64,000 nucleotides of DNA, taken from the NCBI RefSeq assembly GCF_964213995.1, contig NW_027590163.1, positions 372,001-436,000 of the forward strand, given 5' to 3'. Shown in pieces: positions 1 through 12,354 of this stretch. The translations under genes and the position numbers were made by a program. Origin of the DNA: Mustelus asterias (taxonomy: Eukaryota). Positions within the stretch are counted from its first letter, which is position 1. Each line of letters begins with the position of its first letter. The notes below the pieces were generated by a model. The model saw nothing but the letters and a program-made list of their open reading frames with translations. It was not told the origin of the DNA and made no database searches.

Positions 1-245
1 ATCATCCGGGAAGCGTGCAAGTGCAAAGCCTCCACGTGGAATCAATCCGCTTAATTTCACAAAACAAACATTTAAAGCAGTGTACTGTGGAAATCAGTGT
101 CAGACACTCAGGATACCGGGGAATTGACGAGACATCTATAGGGCAGAAGGGGCTATTTTTGTGCTGTAAAACTCTATGACTCTATGACCTCTTTCCAGAA
201 ATTGCATTGGCTCCGAAATTGACGCATGTTGTACATTTTCTGCAG

Positions 246-637
246 TCAAAAATCCACAGGAACCCTCCGTTTCTGTCCTCCTGCCCTCGGCAGAAGAAGT
301 CTCCGCTCAGAGATTCGTCTCCCTCAGCTGCTTAGTGAGAGGTTTCTCCCTCCGAGTGCTCTTCCTCACGTGGCCCATCAATGACAAGCCGGTGAATCCT
401 GGGAACTACAAGAACACCGAGGTGATGGCGGAGAACGGCAATAGCTCCTTCTTCATGTGCAGCCTGTTATCCATTGCAGCGGAGGAGTGGTCCAGTGGCG
501 CTTCTTACTCATGTGTGGTGGGACATGAAGCCATCCCTTTGAAGATCATCAACAGAACGGTTGACAAATCCAGCGGTAAAACCAGTTCTGTGAACATTTC
601 TCTTGCACTGTTGGACAGCGTTAATTCATGTCAATGA
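246..637 (+). CDS. IGHM: Immunoglobulin mu heavy chain, last constant exon (Cmu4) plus secretory tailpiece
   Basis: Acceptor ttttctgcag at 236-245; phase-1 exon reads [33 protein letters not shown]...W...[44 protein letters not shown]1-set Ig Cys/Trp/Cys pattern; tailpiece with N-I-S glycosylation site and penultimate Cys; closely matches shark IgM Cmu4 as I recall it. Internal donor G|GTAAA at 575/576. Confidence 0.93.
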
Positions 638-664
638 GAATCAAACAGTTACGTTCAGAACTTC

Positions 665-678
665 AATAAAATAATAAA
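665..678 (+). terminator. Secretory-form polyadenylation signals (two AATAAA)
   Basis: AATAAA at 665-670 and 673-678, about 30 nt after the tailpiece stop codon. Confidence 0.75.
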
Positions 679-1139
679 AGGTCTTTCCTCCAATGATGAA
701 TGAAAATACCCAATCGCTTAATTGATTGTTTTCCAGTTTTAATTCTATGAAGTCTACATGGTTTGGGTGTCATATTTCCAAGTCTCGGACCTAAATCTTG
801 TCGAACCAGTGCTTCCAGATCAGAGTCATGCACCCTGGGTTAGAGACAGACAAGAGCACATTCATTACAGAATTCTGCAAAATAGCTTCAACAACCTTCC
901 TGCTGCTGAGGCGAAATCCAACGAATTCATATTTCAGATAAACAAATACAGCATATTTAGATCTTGGTGTTCCTGCTTCTCTCATCTTCCATCCCATTAA
1001 CATTGATATGAGCCTTAAATTGCTGCACTACACACACTGCGAACTGAAGTGAGGGTCACACAGACATGGAGCAACAATCCCCCATCGTGGGGCGGGGGGT
1101 GGGGGGGGTGGTAGAATGGAGGGAGGGGGACGGGGGCTT

Positions 1140-1560
1140 AAATTGTTAACACACTGGATTCCCACTGTCCCAGAAAAGTGAGGGGGAGGGGCATTGGATA
1201 ATCCACTGAACCACCACTCCACAAACAAAGAGAGTGGGAGTGGCATTAGGAAAAGCATTGTAGCCCCACTTGCTCAACAAAGAGAAGAGGATAGGGAGGA
1301 GTTAATCCACTGAATTAGCACTCCCCAAAAAAGAGGGGGAAGGATATTAGTTAATGTACTCTGCCCCCAATTCCCCACTAAAGAGATAGAGAGGGGAATG
1401 TCGTTAATCCACTGTACCCCCACTTCACCAACAAAGAGAGGTGGAGGGACAGTAGTGAACCAACTCTATCTACAGCTCCTTCGCAAGGAGAACAGGAATG
1501 GAAATTGTTCAGCCCATAGAGCGAGGGAAACTATGAACTCACCACTCTCCTTCTCTCCGA
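1140..1560. repeat. Degenerate tandem repeat, about 50-60 bp unit
   Basis: Recurring TTAATCCACTG...CCCC...AAAGAGAG...GGGGAGGG motif, several imperfect copies. Confidence 0.5.
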
Positions 1561-1969
1561 GCAGAAGATATGGAAGAGATCGGCTTTCTACGCATGGGCT
1601 CAGTAACCAAGAGTGCATTTGGGTTTCTACATTTCTGGCTGCAAATTCTAAACTTCCAATATGCTAATCATGTTGCGGAATATATATTTATGGAACATTA
1701 TTTTCAAAATTTAAACACTCTTGTTCCAGTCCATCGTTTGCGAACATTGATTTCTCACAATCCAAATTTAAACCGCTCCCTGGGTTTTCATACACCTAGC
1801 CCTGATTTTTATGTTGTTAAATAAATTGTGACATTAATTCAACTAATTTCGCCTTGCATCTACAGAGACTGTTGAAAACATTTTCCATAATTCACACCCG
1901 TCAGGGTCAAATTCCCTTATTTCCATGCTGTGAGATTTAGTACAATAGTAAATATACAGGCGACCGACA

Positions 1970-3268
1970 AAACTGCACACAGTTGACAGACACCCACATG
2001 CACGCACACAGAAACACACACCACACACAACCAAATACACAAATACACATACAATCAAATATACACAAAGGAAAAGACAAACACACACACTAATTCATAC
2101 AAAAACACACATACATACACACTCACAAATAGACACATACGCCCTCACAAAAACGAGCACATGCATACTCACACACCCAAAAACACAAATTAAATATACA
2201 CAAAGAAAAAGACAAACACACACGCGATTACACACATACAAAAACACAAATACACACACATTCATAAATGCACACATACGCCGACACAAAAACGAGCACA
2301 TGCATACTCACATGCACAAATTTGTACACACACAAATATAAGCATGCACAAAAATTAAGAAACAAAGGAATACGCGGGTGTATAAACAGAGACAAAGATA
2401 TACAAAAATAAACTCATATATGTCCATGTAAATACGCAAATACACAGACACACAAGTGCCATCTCTAGTACACACAAACACACACATTCACAGAAGCATA
2501 TAGACAGACAGTAACACACAAACAGATGCATCTACACAAAGATGCATACTTTCCTACACACATGCAAGCACGCAGACAATTGCAGAAATGCACAGAAAAA
2601 CACACATAGGTACAGACACACACACACACGCAAACACACAGCTCCACACACGAAAAACACATGCAAATACGCAGGTACTTACAAGGGCACACATGCACAC
2701 AGACATACACAAACACTGACACTGAAAGACATCAGCACATTAGTACACACACATGCATTAGTTACATAAATGCACATGTATACATACAAACATGCACTCA
2801 TCATAGAATTCGAGAAATGCACATAAAATCCACACATGTGCATACTGACGCAAAACTGTACACGACACCCACACACACACAAACACAATGGCTACACAAA
2901 TACATACACTGAAACGCACACAAACACGCATGCACTCTCACACAAACAAGTAGACACAAACGCAAACATATGAAATACAGACAAACAGAATCACCCAAGG
3001 ACATGGAACGCAAATATAACCTTAATGAAAGAATATGGATTTAAAAATGCACAAGCTCACACACAAATGTAGACACACAGACGCACGTTAACAGGATACA
3101 CATGGACACACAAATACATAGATCAACAGCAAATTATTCAGACACACATGTAGACGCAAATATTAATATGCCAATGTACAAGAAAACAGAAACACATACA
3201 TCAATACAAATGAGGACAAAACATATGTCAAATCATCTTTATAAAGTTCTAACAAAGCATAAATGCAC

Positions 3269-3324
<56 letters not shown>

Positions 3325-3645
3325 TCACAGAAAAACAAACACGTATGCATTGACAGATAGGTGGAAGACCAAAAGCATATTAACACATATATTAACAGGC
3401 ATGAATGCATAAACATGCATAAATATAAACATTAATAAATGAACAAATACTTGAACACACAATAATAAACGCATATATACACATTCACAGAGAAACATAA
3501 TGTACACACAGATACAGACACATGAATTTACAAATTAACACACATTGGCACAGGGTCACACATTAACACAAACATACATGAACACACAAACAAATAATAA
3601 TGCAAAGCACGGGATGCGCATGCGCACATAAACAAACTCAAAAAC
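1970..3645. repeat. Long degenerate CA/ACAC-rich low-complexity tract in the Cmu4-TM1 intron
   Basis: About 1.7 kb dominated by ACAC/ACAT/ACAA; near-pure (CA)n at about 3273-3324; internal duplications such as AAAACGAGCACATGCATACTCA at about 2151 and 2290. Confidence 0.9.
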
Positions 3646-4190
3646 AAAGGTCAGGCTATTGATGGAAGTATAATTCAAGTTACTTTTTAAAGGGCATTTT
3701 CTCCAACAATTGTTTCAATAATAAAATAACTCAACCAATATTCTGAAAGAGAAACTGATTTAAGTTAGTAATGTGACAAGTGATTCCATCCCACAGATAA
3801 ACAAACAAGTTGGATACTCACGTTCGAGTTCTTCAATAGCAACATTTACAGTTTACAAATAAACAGATCAGAAATCTCCCTCGAAACACATCATGATATT
3901 CTCCAATAATAGGTAGCATGAAATTGTTGGAAAATGAGCAGATACTGAAGAAAAGTTGCCATATTTTCCCATACAGTCTGTACGAGGAATGTAAGAAAGA
4001 ACATGTATGAAAATAGTTACAGAGATCGGTTACTGAGTGTCACGAACTCAATAGTAGATATATATGAAAATTCAATGAGAGAATGAATTAATAGCTTAGG
4101 AAGGAGAAATGAGAATATACAAAGTAACATTTAGATATGCTGGATAAATAAAGCAATCTAATTATATTTTCTCGGCTCTGACCCCCATAG

Positions 4191-4318
4191 ATTCCACAGG
4201 CCGCATCTGGATTGAAGGCAATGAGGATGACAACAGCAACATCTGGACAACCGCTTCTACATTCATTGTTCTGTTCTTCCTGAGCATTTTCTACAGCACT
4301 GCGGTCACTCTGGTGAAG
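4191..4318 (+). CDS. IGHM: IgM transmembrane exon TM1
   Basis: Acceptor cccatag|, donor AAG|GTGAG. In phase with the Cmu4 internal donor it reads DSTGRIWIEGNEDDNSNIWTTASTFIVLFFLSIFYSTAVTLVK, the conserved antigen-receptor TM motif (WTTASTF...FYS..VT). Not shown in the ORF track. Confidence 0.93.
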
Positions 4319-4457
4319 GTGAGATGAATCAATCCACTCACATTTCAAACTGGCAGAAGGGATTTGAAAGATCTCTCAATGTTTCATTGATTAAAAACTC
4401 TAACATTAATGCCCCGCATCATTAACATCTGCTTCATTGTTGTATTCTTTTTTACAG

Positions 4458-4466
4458 ATCAAGTGA
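4458..4466 (+). CDS. IGHM: IgM transmembrane exon TM2 (cytoplasmic tail IK-stop)
   Basis: Polypyrimidine tract tctttttttacag|ATC AAG TGA; gives tail K-I-K; AATAAA downstream at 4702-4707 and near 4918-4940. Confidence 0.85.
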   Translation: MK

Positions 4467-4984
4467 TGGGTTGAATTATGGACGCTGTAGATTTCCCTCA
4501 GTTGATTATGAAGATTTATGTATGACACACATAAAATATCTGCTCTCGGTGAATCTAAGAGTAAAATTCTCTCAGTTTATCATTCTGCACCTGAAATTCA
4601 GACAGTCGTGGTCGGTATTTCAAATTTCAATATGAAATGTCCGAGGTTTGGTTTTGTAATGTAACTGTAGTTGATAGTTTCCCTGTAGTTTAAATTTCAT
4701 GAATAAATCAATGATTTTTCTCGTTCCTTTTTCTCAATTGTTCATTCCCCGATAAGTTTAACTTCTGTTTAATCTTTCTTGTGGCCGTTGTCGTTGTACA
4801 TATATTGGACAGCTCGGAGCAGGCGTGTTCTATTCTCAATGTGAAGATAAAATCGTTATGTTCACTTTTGTCAACTTTAAAACAAACCTTTATGTTAAAC
4901 GTTCTCTGAATTTTTAAAATAAATCTTGAATGAAATAAATAACTAATTCTGACTTTGCTTAACTCCTTTCTTTAAACTCACCGA

Positions 4985-5275
4985 GCACAGTGGTTAACAT
5001 TGCTGCTTTACAGCGCCAGGGTCCCGGTTCGATTCCCGGCTTGGGTCACTGTCTGTGCAGAGTCTGCACGTTCTCCCCCTTTCTGCGTGAGTTTCCTCCG
5101 GGTGCTCTGGTTTCCTACCACAGACCGCAAGATGTGCTGATGAGATGCATTGGCCATGCTGAATTCTCCCTCAGTGTACCCAAACAGGCGCCGGAGTGTG
5201 GCGACGAGGGGATTTTCACACGAACTTTTTTGCCAAATTAATGTAAGTCTGTTTGTGACACAAATAAATAAACTT
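4985..5275 (+). mobile_element. tRNA-derived SINE (shark HE1/V-SINE type)
   Basis: A-box-like CAGTGGTTAAC, B-box GGTTCGATTCCC, then core GTCTGTG..GAGT.TGCACGTTCTCCCC..GTTTCCTCCGGGTGCTC; many copies in the window. Confidence 0.8.
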
Positions 5276-6261
5276 AAATACTTTCTCCGGAACCCATCGG
5301 CACCGCTCCATTTCCCCGATTACACGGTTACCCCGTTTTCCCAGGCAGGTATTTTTCCCCAGTCCTGTCTGGGATGTGTTTGAACTCACGGTCCCTTCCG
5401 TGAAAGAGGCAATGCACCACCCAGTGAATCATCTGTGTAAAGAAATCTGTACCGCTGCCTCTTGATGATAAACTCCAGAATCAGAATGGTTGACCAGCGA
5501 AGCGAACCTCTGTGATTTCAGGCATAAACAGGTCTGTCACTGTCGAATGTCAGGTAATTTTCAATAGCAAGGCCTCGGCTTCATCAAAGGCCGATACAGC
5601 ACAATATATGGGAGAAGAAAACTTCCTGGACACTGTCGCACCTAACACTGTGATATCTACGGCGTTGGTTGTCAGAGTTAATCTCTCTCCCTAACTTCCG
5701 ATTAAATAGTTCCAAGGCAGGGACGCCACCAGCTCGATAATAAAACTCGGAGAGAACAGTGGGGTATCAACCATGAGGGAACTAGATATCTTTTCTGCAA
5801 AAACATGTAATCGAGTACACATTTCCTCCAAATGATTGCCAGCGTTTGGGGTCGATGAGATATACTCGGGGGAAAAAACGTAGAAATTCCCAGATCCTGG
5901 GGTCAATCGAAAGCAACAAATGAGCAGAGGTTACTGGAAATGTTCCCAGAGAATGCGGCTTCTTCTGCTACAGAGACTCCAGCTTAGCATTTTCTCTTAA
6001 ACAGAATTTTTCTTAAATATATATTTTGCCCCCATGTTCTGTTAGAAATTCACATCTCCATTTTCTGGTGAACACACAGTGACGATCATAAGACCATAAG
6101 ACCGTAAGACATAGGAGCAGAATTAGGAACCACTCGTCCCAAGGAGTCTGCTCCCCCATTCAGTCATGTCTGCTTCAAGATTTCCTTTGATGTAAAAAAT
6201 ACCACTGTCTCTCTTATTAATTTTTCGATTATGCATTATCCCCAATAATCGTCATTACCAC

Positions 6262-6622
6262 CCGCTGAACTGACTGAACATCACCCCAGTGACCCTTTCT
6301 CCATGTTCCATCCCCCCTGACACCGTCAGCTGAACTCACTAATCTTCACCCCAGGGATCCTCTCTCCCGGCTACATTCCTCCTGATACCATCCCCCTGAA
6401 CTCACTGAGCATCACCCCAGAGATCCCCTCTCCCTGCTCCATTCCCTCTGATTGCATCCCCCTGAACTCACTGAACGTCACCGCAAGGATCCTCTCTCCT
6501 GGCTCCATTCCGTCTAATAACATCCCCCTGAACTGCCGAATATCACCCCAGGGGTCCTCTCTCCCTGTTCCATTCACTCTGACACCATCCCCCTGAAGCC
6601 ACTGAATACCACCCCAGTGATC
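6262..6622. repeat. Minisatellite, 65-66 bp unit, about 5.5 copies
   Basis: CTGAA anchor at 6265, 6330, 6396, 6462, 6528, 6593; unit resembles CCCCCTGAACTCACTGAACATCACCCCAGGGATCCTCTCTCCCTG.TCCATTCC.TCTGACACCAT. Confidence 0.9.
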
Positions 6623-7785
6623 TGCCGGTGAAATTCAAATCTTCCCGCCCTGACCATTCTGTCCACCTCCAACTCACTAAGTTCTTCCGCAGACTATTGA
6701 TAACAGCAGCATCTCCTGAGGATTCTGGTTTGGTCCTTTGTATTTTCTGACATTTTATTTTCTGAAGCTGGGATCTTTTGATTGTAATGTCCTGAAGTTC
6801 AGCTTCGAGATCTGAGTTGGTTACATATCATATCAACTTCAGAGAGATAAAAATGAACCCCTGCATGCGTGTTCAGAAAAACTGCTCTTAATGGTGGAGT
6901 GGACTCGATGGGCCGAATGGCCTTACTTCCGCTCCTATGTCTTATGGTCTTATGGTCTTATAGTTACAATACTCTTTGACACATCATATCCACCGCCCCA
7001 TGCAGCTATGTGCCCAACCCCCTCATTCTGTCACTTTCACCTTCAATCGGTAAGACTCCCCATCTCCATGTACTTTCCCCAAGCTCGGGAGGTCTCACGT
7101 TGGTCAGGGCCATTGTTTTTTTCTAAGGCATGCGGTACTGAATCTGGGAATGAGTGACTGGATAATGGAGAGGGAGATTTGTTTTACATAACACCTGTGC
7201 CAAAACTGTCCTATAATGTCATACCAGATTGTAGAGGGAGGTTTTTATTTCTATCTTTGTATAACCTGCTGGACTTAGTAATATGCTTAGCTGACAATCA
7301 GCACGCACACAAATACACCCACACCCACACACGCACGCACGGACACACACACATTTATACATTTTGGCTGTTTTGAGACTTTGCTGGTTAGGGTTACGAC
7401 AAGATTCTATTCATACCTAATTTTAGTACAACCTTATAAAAGATAGAATTATTAATATGAATAAAATGAACATGTATTATGACACTGAAAACGAGCAACC
7501 TGAAACAATTGATTGCAGTTGGTGTGCAAATAAGCAAAGGTTTCAAATGGAAAAAAGGATAAAACAGAACGATAATAATAATTCAGCGTTAATAATGATC
7601 CCCAAAAAAATCATGTCACAATATTTGCACAGAAAGGTAGAAGTTTTTAGTCTGGATTCCACTGAATGGCGCTCCAGCACTTCAGATGTGGCCAAAAATA
7701 TCCAAAACATAGAACATAGAGCAGTACAGCAGAGAACAGGCCCTTCGGCCCACGATGTTGTGCCGAGCTTTATCTGAAACCAAGA

Positions 7786-10680
7786 TCAAGCTATCCCACT
7801 CCCTATCATCCTGGTGTGCTCCATGTGCCTATCCAATAACCGCTTACATGTTCCTAAAGTGTCTGACTCCACTATCACTGCAGGCAGTCCATTCCACACC
7901 CCAACCACTCTCGGCATAAAGAACCAACCTCTGATATCCTTCCTGTATCTCCCACCACGAACACTATAGTTATGCCCCCTTGTAATAGCTCCATCCACCC
8001 GAGGAAATAGTCTTTGAACGTTCACTCTATCTATCCCCTTCATCATTTTATAAACCTCTATTAAGTCTCCTCTCAGCCTCCTCCGCTCCAGAGAGAACAG
8101 CCCGAGCTCCCTCAACCTTTCCGCATAAGACCTACACTCCAAACCAGGCAGCATCCTGGTAAATCTCCTCTGCACTCTTTCCAGCACTTCCACATCCTTC
8201 TTATAGTGAGGTGACCAGAACTGCACACAATATTCCAAATGTGGTCTCACCAAGGTCCTGTACAGTTGCAGCATAACCCCACGGCTCTTAAACTCCAACC
8301 CCCTGTTAATAAAAGCTAACACACTATTGGCCTTCTTCACAGCTCTATCCACTTGAGTGGCAACCTTTAGAGATCGGTGGATATGAACCCCAAGATCTCT
8401 CTGTTCCTCCACAGTCTTCAGAACCCTACCTTTGACCCTGTAATCCACATTTAAATTAGTCCTACCAAAATGAATCACCTCACATTTATCAGGGTTAAAT
8501 TCCATTTGCCATTTTTCAGCCCAGCTTTGCATCCTATCTATGTCTCTTTGCAGCCAACAACATCCCTCCACCTCATCCACTAGTCCACCAATCTTGGTGT
8601 CATCAGCAAATTTACTGATCCACCCTTCAGCCCCCTCCTCTAAGTCATTAATAAAAATCAGAAAGAGCAGAGGACCAAGCACTGATCCCTGCGGCACTCC
8701 GCTAGCAACCTGCCTCCAATACGAACATTTTCCATCGACCACCACCCTCTGTCTTCGATCAGACAGCCAGTTACCTATCCAATCGGCCAACTTTCCCTCT
8801 ATCCCACACCTCCTCACTTTCATCATAAGCCCACCATGGGGGACTTTATCAAACGTCTTACTAAATTCCATGTATATGACATCAACTGCCCTACCTTCAT
8901 CAACACACTTAGTTACCTCCTCAAAAAATTCTATCAAATTTGTGAGGCACGACTTGCCCTTCACGAATCCGTGCTGACTATCCCGGATTAATCCGCATCT
9001 TTCTAAATGGTCGTAAATCCCATCTCTAAGGACCTTTTCCATCAATTTACCAACCACCGAAGTAAGACTAACCGGTCTATAATTACCAGGGTCATTTCTA
9101 TTCCCTTTCTTAAACAGAGGAACAACATTCGCCATTCTCCAGTCCTCTGGCACCATCCCCGTGGACAGCGAGGACTCAAAGATCAAAGCCAAAGGCTCTG
9201 CAATCTCATCCCTTGCCTCCCAAGGAATCCTAGGATACATTTAATCAGGCCCAGGGGACTTATCGACCTTCAGTTTATTCAAAAGTGCCAGGACATCCTC
9301 CCTCCGAACATCTATTTCCTCCAGCCAATTAGCCTGTAACACCTTCTCTTCCTCAAAAACATGGCCCCTCTCCTTGGTGAACACTGAAGAAAAGTATTCA
9401 TTCATCACCTCGCCTATCTCGACTGACTCCATACACAAGTTCCCACTACTGTCCTTGACCGGCCCTAACCTCACCCTGGTCATTCTTTTATTCCTCACAT
9501 AAGAGTAAAACGCCTTGGGTTTTCCTTGATCCGACCCGCCAAGGACTTCTCGTGTCCCCTCCTAGCTCTCCTCAGCCCCTTTTTCAGCTCATTCCTTGCT
9601 AACTTGTAACCCTCAATCGAGCCATCTGAACCTTGTTTCCTCATCCCTTCATAAGCTTCCCTCTTCCTTTTCACAAGACATTCCACCTCTTTCGTGAACC
9701 ATGGTTCCCTCACTCGGCCATTTCCTCCCTGCCTGACAGCGACATACCTAACAAGGACATCCAGTATTTGTTCCTTGAAAAAGTTCCACTTTTCATTAGT
9801 TCTTTCTCTGACAGTTTCTGTTCCCAACTTATGCCCCCTAATTCTTGCCTAATCGCATCATAATTACCTCTCCCCCAATTGTAAACCTTGCCCTGCCGTA
9901 CGGCCCTATCCCTCTCCATTGCAATAATAAAAGACACCGAATTGTGGTCACTATCTCGAAAGTGCTCTCCCACAACCAAATCTAACACTTGGCCCGGTTC
10001 ATTTCCCAGTACCAAATCCAATGTGGCCTCATCTCTTGTCGGCCTATCCACATATTGTGTCAGGAAACCCTCCTGCACACCCTGCACAAAAACTGCCCCA
10101 TCCGAACTATTTGACCTACAAAGTCTCCAATCAATATTTGGAAAGTTAAAGTCCCCCATGACAACTACCCTGTGGCCCCCACACATATCCATAATCTGCT
10201 TAGCAATTTCTTCCTCCACATCTCTATTACTATTTGGGGGCCTATAGTAATCTCCTAACAACATGACCGCTCCTTTCCTATTTCTAACCTCAGCCCATAT
10301 TACCTCAATGTGCAGATGCCCCTCGAAGTGCCTTTCCGCAGCCGTTAAACTATCCTTGATTAACAATGCCACTCCTCCACCTCTTTTACCAGCTTCCCTA
10401 CACTTAGTGAAACATCTATACCTCGGAATGTCCAACAACCATTCCTGTCCTTGTTCTACCCACGTCTCCGTAATGGCCACAACATCGTAGTCCCAAGTAG
10501 CAATCCACGCCCCAAGTTCATCTACCTTGTTCCGGATGCTCCTTGCATTGAAGTAGACACACTTCAACCCACCTTCCTGTCTACCGGTACCCACCCTTGA
10601 CCCTGGTACCTTCCGCAATACCTCACCACCCTCACTGAATTCTGGACTACAACTCCTTTTCCCACTTCCCTGACAAATTA
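7786..10680 (-). pseudogene. CR1 ORF2: apurinic-like endonuclease plus reverse transcriptase, disrupted
   Basis: YFNARSI, ITETW, MGDFNFPNIDW, TLDLVLGN, SDHN (endonuclease); NYRPVSLTS, QHGF, SGVPQGSVLGPLLF, FADDTK (RT). Split into ORFs 9710-10798, 9495-9827, 9241-9498 and 7786-9240 by two frameshifts and a TAA at 9241-9243. Confidence 0.93.
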
Positions 10681-11605
10681 GTTTAAAACCCCCTGAAGAG
10701 CCGTAACACATTTCCCTCCTCGGATATTGGTGCCCCTCTGGTTCAGGTGCACCCCGTCCTGTTTGTACAGGTCCCACCTTCCCCAGAATGTGTTCCAATT
10801 ATCCACGTATCTGAAACCCTCCCTCCTACACCATCCCTGCAACCACATGTTTAACTGCACTCTCTCCCTGTTCCTCAACTCGCTATCACGTGGCACCGGC
10901 AATGTACCAGAGATGACCACATGTTTTGTCTTGGCTCTCAGCTTCCAGCCCAGCTCCAGAAATTCCTGCTTTAAAATACCCGTCCCTTCGCTTACCTATG
11001 TCATTGGTACCAATGTGTACCACGACTTGTGACTGTTTCCCCTCCCCCTTCAGAATCTGGAAAACACGGTCTGAGACTTCACGGACCTTGGCATCCGGTA
11101 GGCAACATACCATCCGTGAGTCTCTTTTGCTGCCACAGAACCTCCTATCTATCCCTCTAACTAACGAGTCCCCAATAACTATTGCCCTCCCGCTCTGCCC
11201 CTTACCCTCCCGAGCCACAGAGACGGACACAGTGCTGGGGATCCTCTCACTGCGGCTCACCACTGGTATGTCATCCCCCTCAACCGTATCCAAAACGGAA
11301 TACTTGTTGCTCAGGGGAACGACCACCGGGGATCCCTGCACGGACTGCTTCCTCCCAGCCCCTCTCACCGTCACCCATCTGTTTTCATTCCTCGGAGTAA
11401 CTGTATTCCTAAAGCTTCTGTCTATGGCCACCTCTGCGTCCCTAATGATCCTAAGTTCATCCAACTCCAGCTCCAGTTCCCTAACACGGTTTTGGAGGAG
11501 CTGCAGATGGGTGCACTTCCCACAGGTGTAATCAGCAGGGACACTGTCGTCGTACCTCACCTGAAACATAGTGCAAGAGGAACATAGCACTGCCTGCACA
11601 CCCAT
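10678..11605 (-). pseudogene. CR1 ORF1: zinc-finger/leucine-zipper plus SGNH (GDSL) esterase, one frameshift
   Basis: CSSC...CGKC, heptad LQNRVRELELELDEL, IGDSLVRG, VVVHIGTND; continues in another frame (10678-10920) to QDGVHLN. Confidence 0.88.
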
Positions 11606-12354
11606 CCCCTCTAGATACCTTGCCAGTATCAGGTAGAAAGTGCAAAAATGAATTCAAACTCACCCCTGCTCGCCCTTTCTGCCTAAGCCCTGTGAGCCAA
11701 AGCCTTATAGCTCACACTCTGCTTCCCACTCACTCCCCGCCCGCTCCCGATGCTGCCCGCTGTATACTGCAGCCTATCTTTTATACTTCGCGCGCTTAAA
11801 AAACCCTTCCCAGACTCCTTAGCAGCCCACTTCCAGTTTTCACTTGAAACTTAAAATTCTACTGCAAAAGTAAAGGCCAAAAAAAAACACGCACGAGCTG
11901 ACAAATTAAATAAATAAACAATTCAATTAATCTCTCACCAGCACTGCTGCCTCCAATCACTCCCTCTCAGCTTGCTCCAGTGGAACAATGAGGGGGAACC
12001 TCCCAGGTAACCGACTTTTAAAGTTAAAATAAAAACCCTTCCCAGACTCCTTAGCAGCCCACTTCCAGTTTTCACTTTAAACTTAAAATTCTACTGCAAA
12101 AGTAAAGGCCAAAAAAAACCACACACTAGCTGACTAATTAAATAAATAAACAATTCAATTCATCTCTCACCAGCACTACTGCCTCCAATCACTCCCTCTC
12201 AGCTTGCTCCAGTGGACCATCAGTTTATTGGTATCACGGGTGACAGTTGTGATTACAGGAAATATCTTTGTCAAGGGGCAATACTTCACACGACGGGACA
12301 TTTAGGGAGGAGCTTGCATCCACATTCCAGGCTTTATGGCAAAGAGGTTTACTT

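Larger units (their letters stand above)
7705..12216 (-). mobile_element. Near full-length CR1 LINE, inactivated
   Basis: ORF1, then ORF2 (APE endonuclease + RT), 3' UTR ending in a (TTCTATG)-type microsatellite tail at about 7705-7720, and a 5' UTR with a tandem duplication. Confidence 0.95.

Noticed and set aside
1843-3507. Numerous Cys/Val- or His/Thr-rich ORFs
   Set aside because: Translations of the CA/TG low-complexity tract; no domain structure.
4985-5060. tRNA-like sequence with A and B boxes
   Set aside because: Head of a SINE, continuous with the SINE core; not a tRNA gene.
5400-5900. Possible additional Ig exon downstream of TM2
   Set aside because: No Ig Cys/Trp pattern or RSS recognised; only a faint resemblance to an ancient CR1 endonuclease on the minus strand.
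6262-6622. Regular repeat superficially like a CRISPR array or an Ig switch region
   Set aside because: Whole units repeat without unique spacers, the context is eukaryotic, and it is short and not AGCT-dense.
8540-11531. Plus-strand ORFs of 100-200 aa
   Set aside because: Antisense shadows of CR1 ORF1/ORF2.
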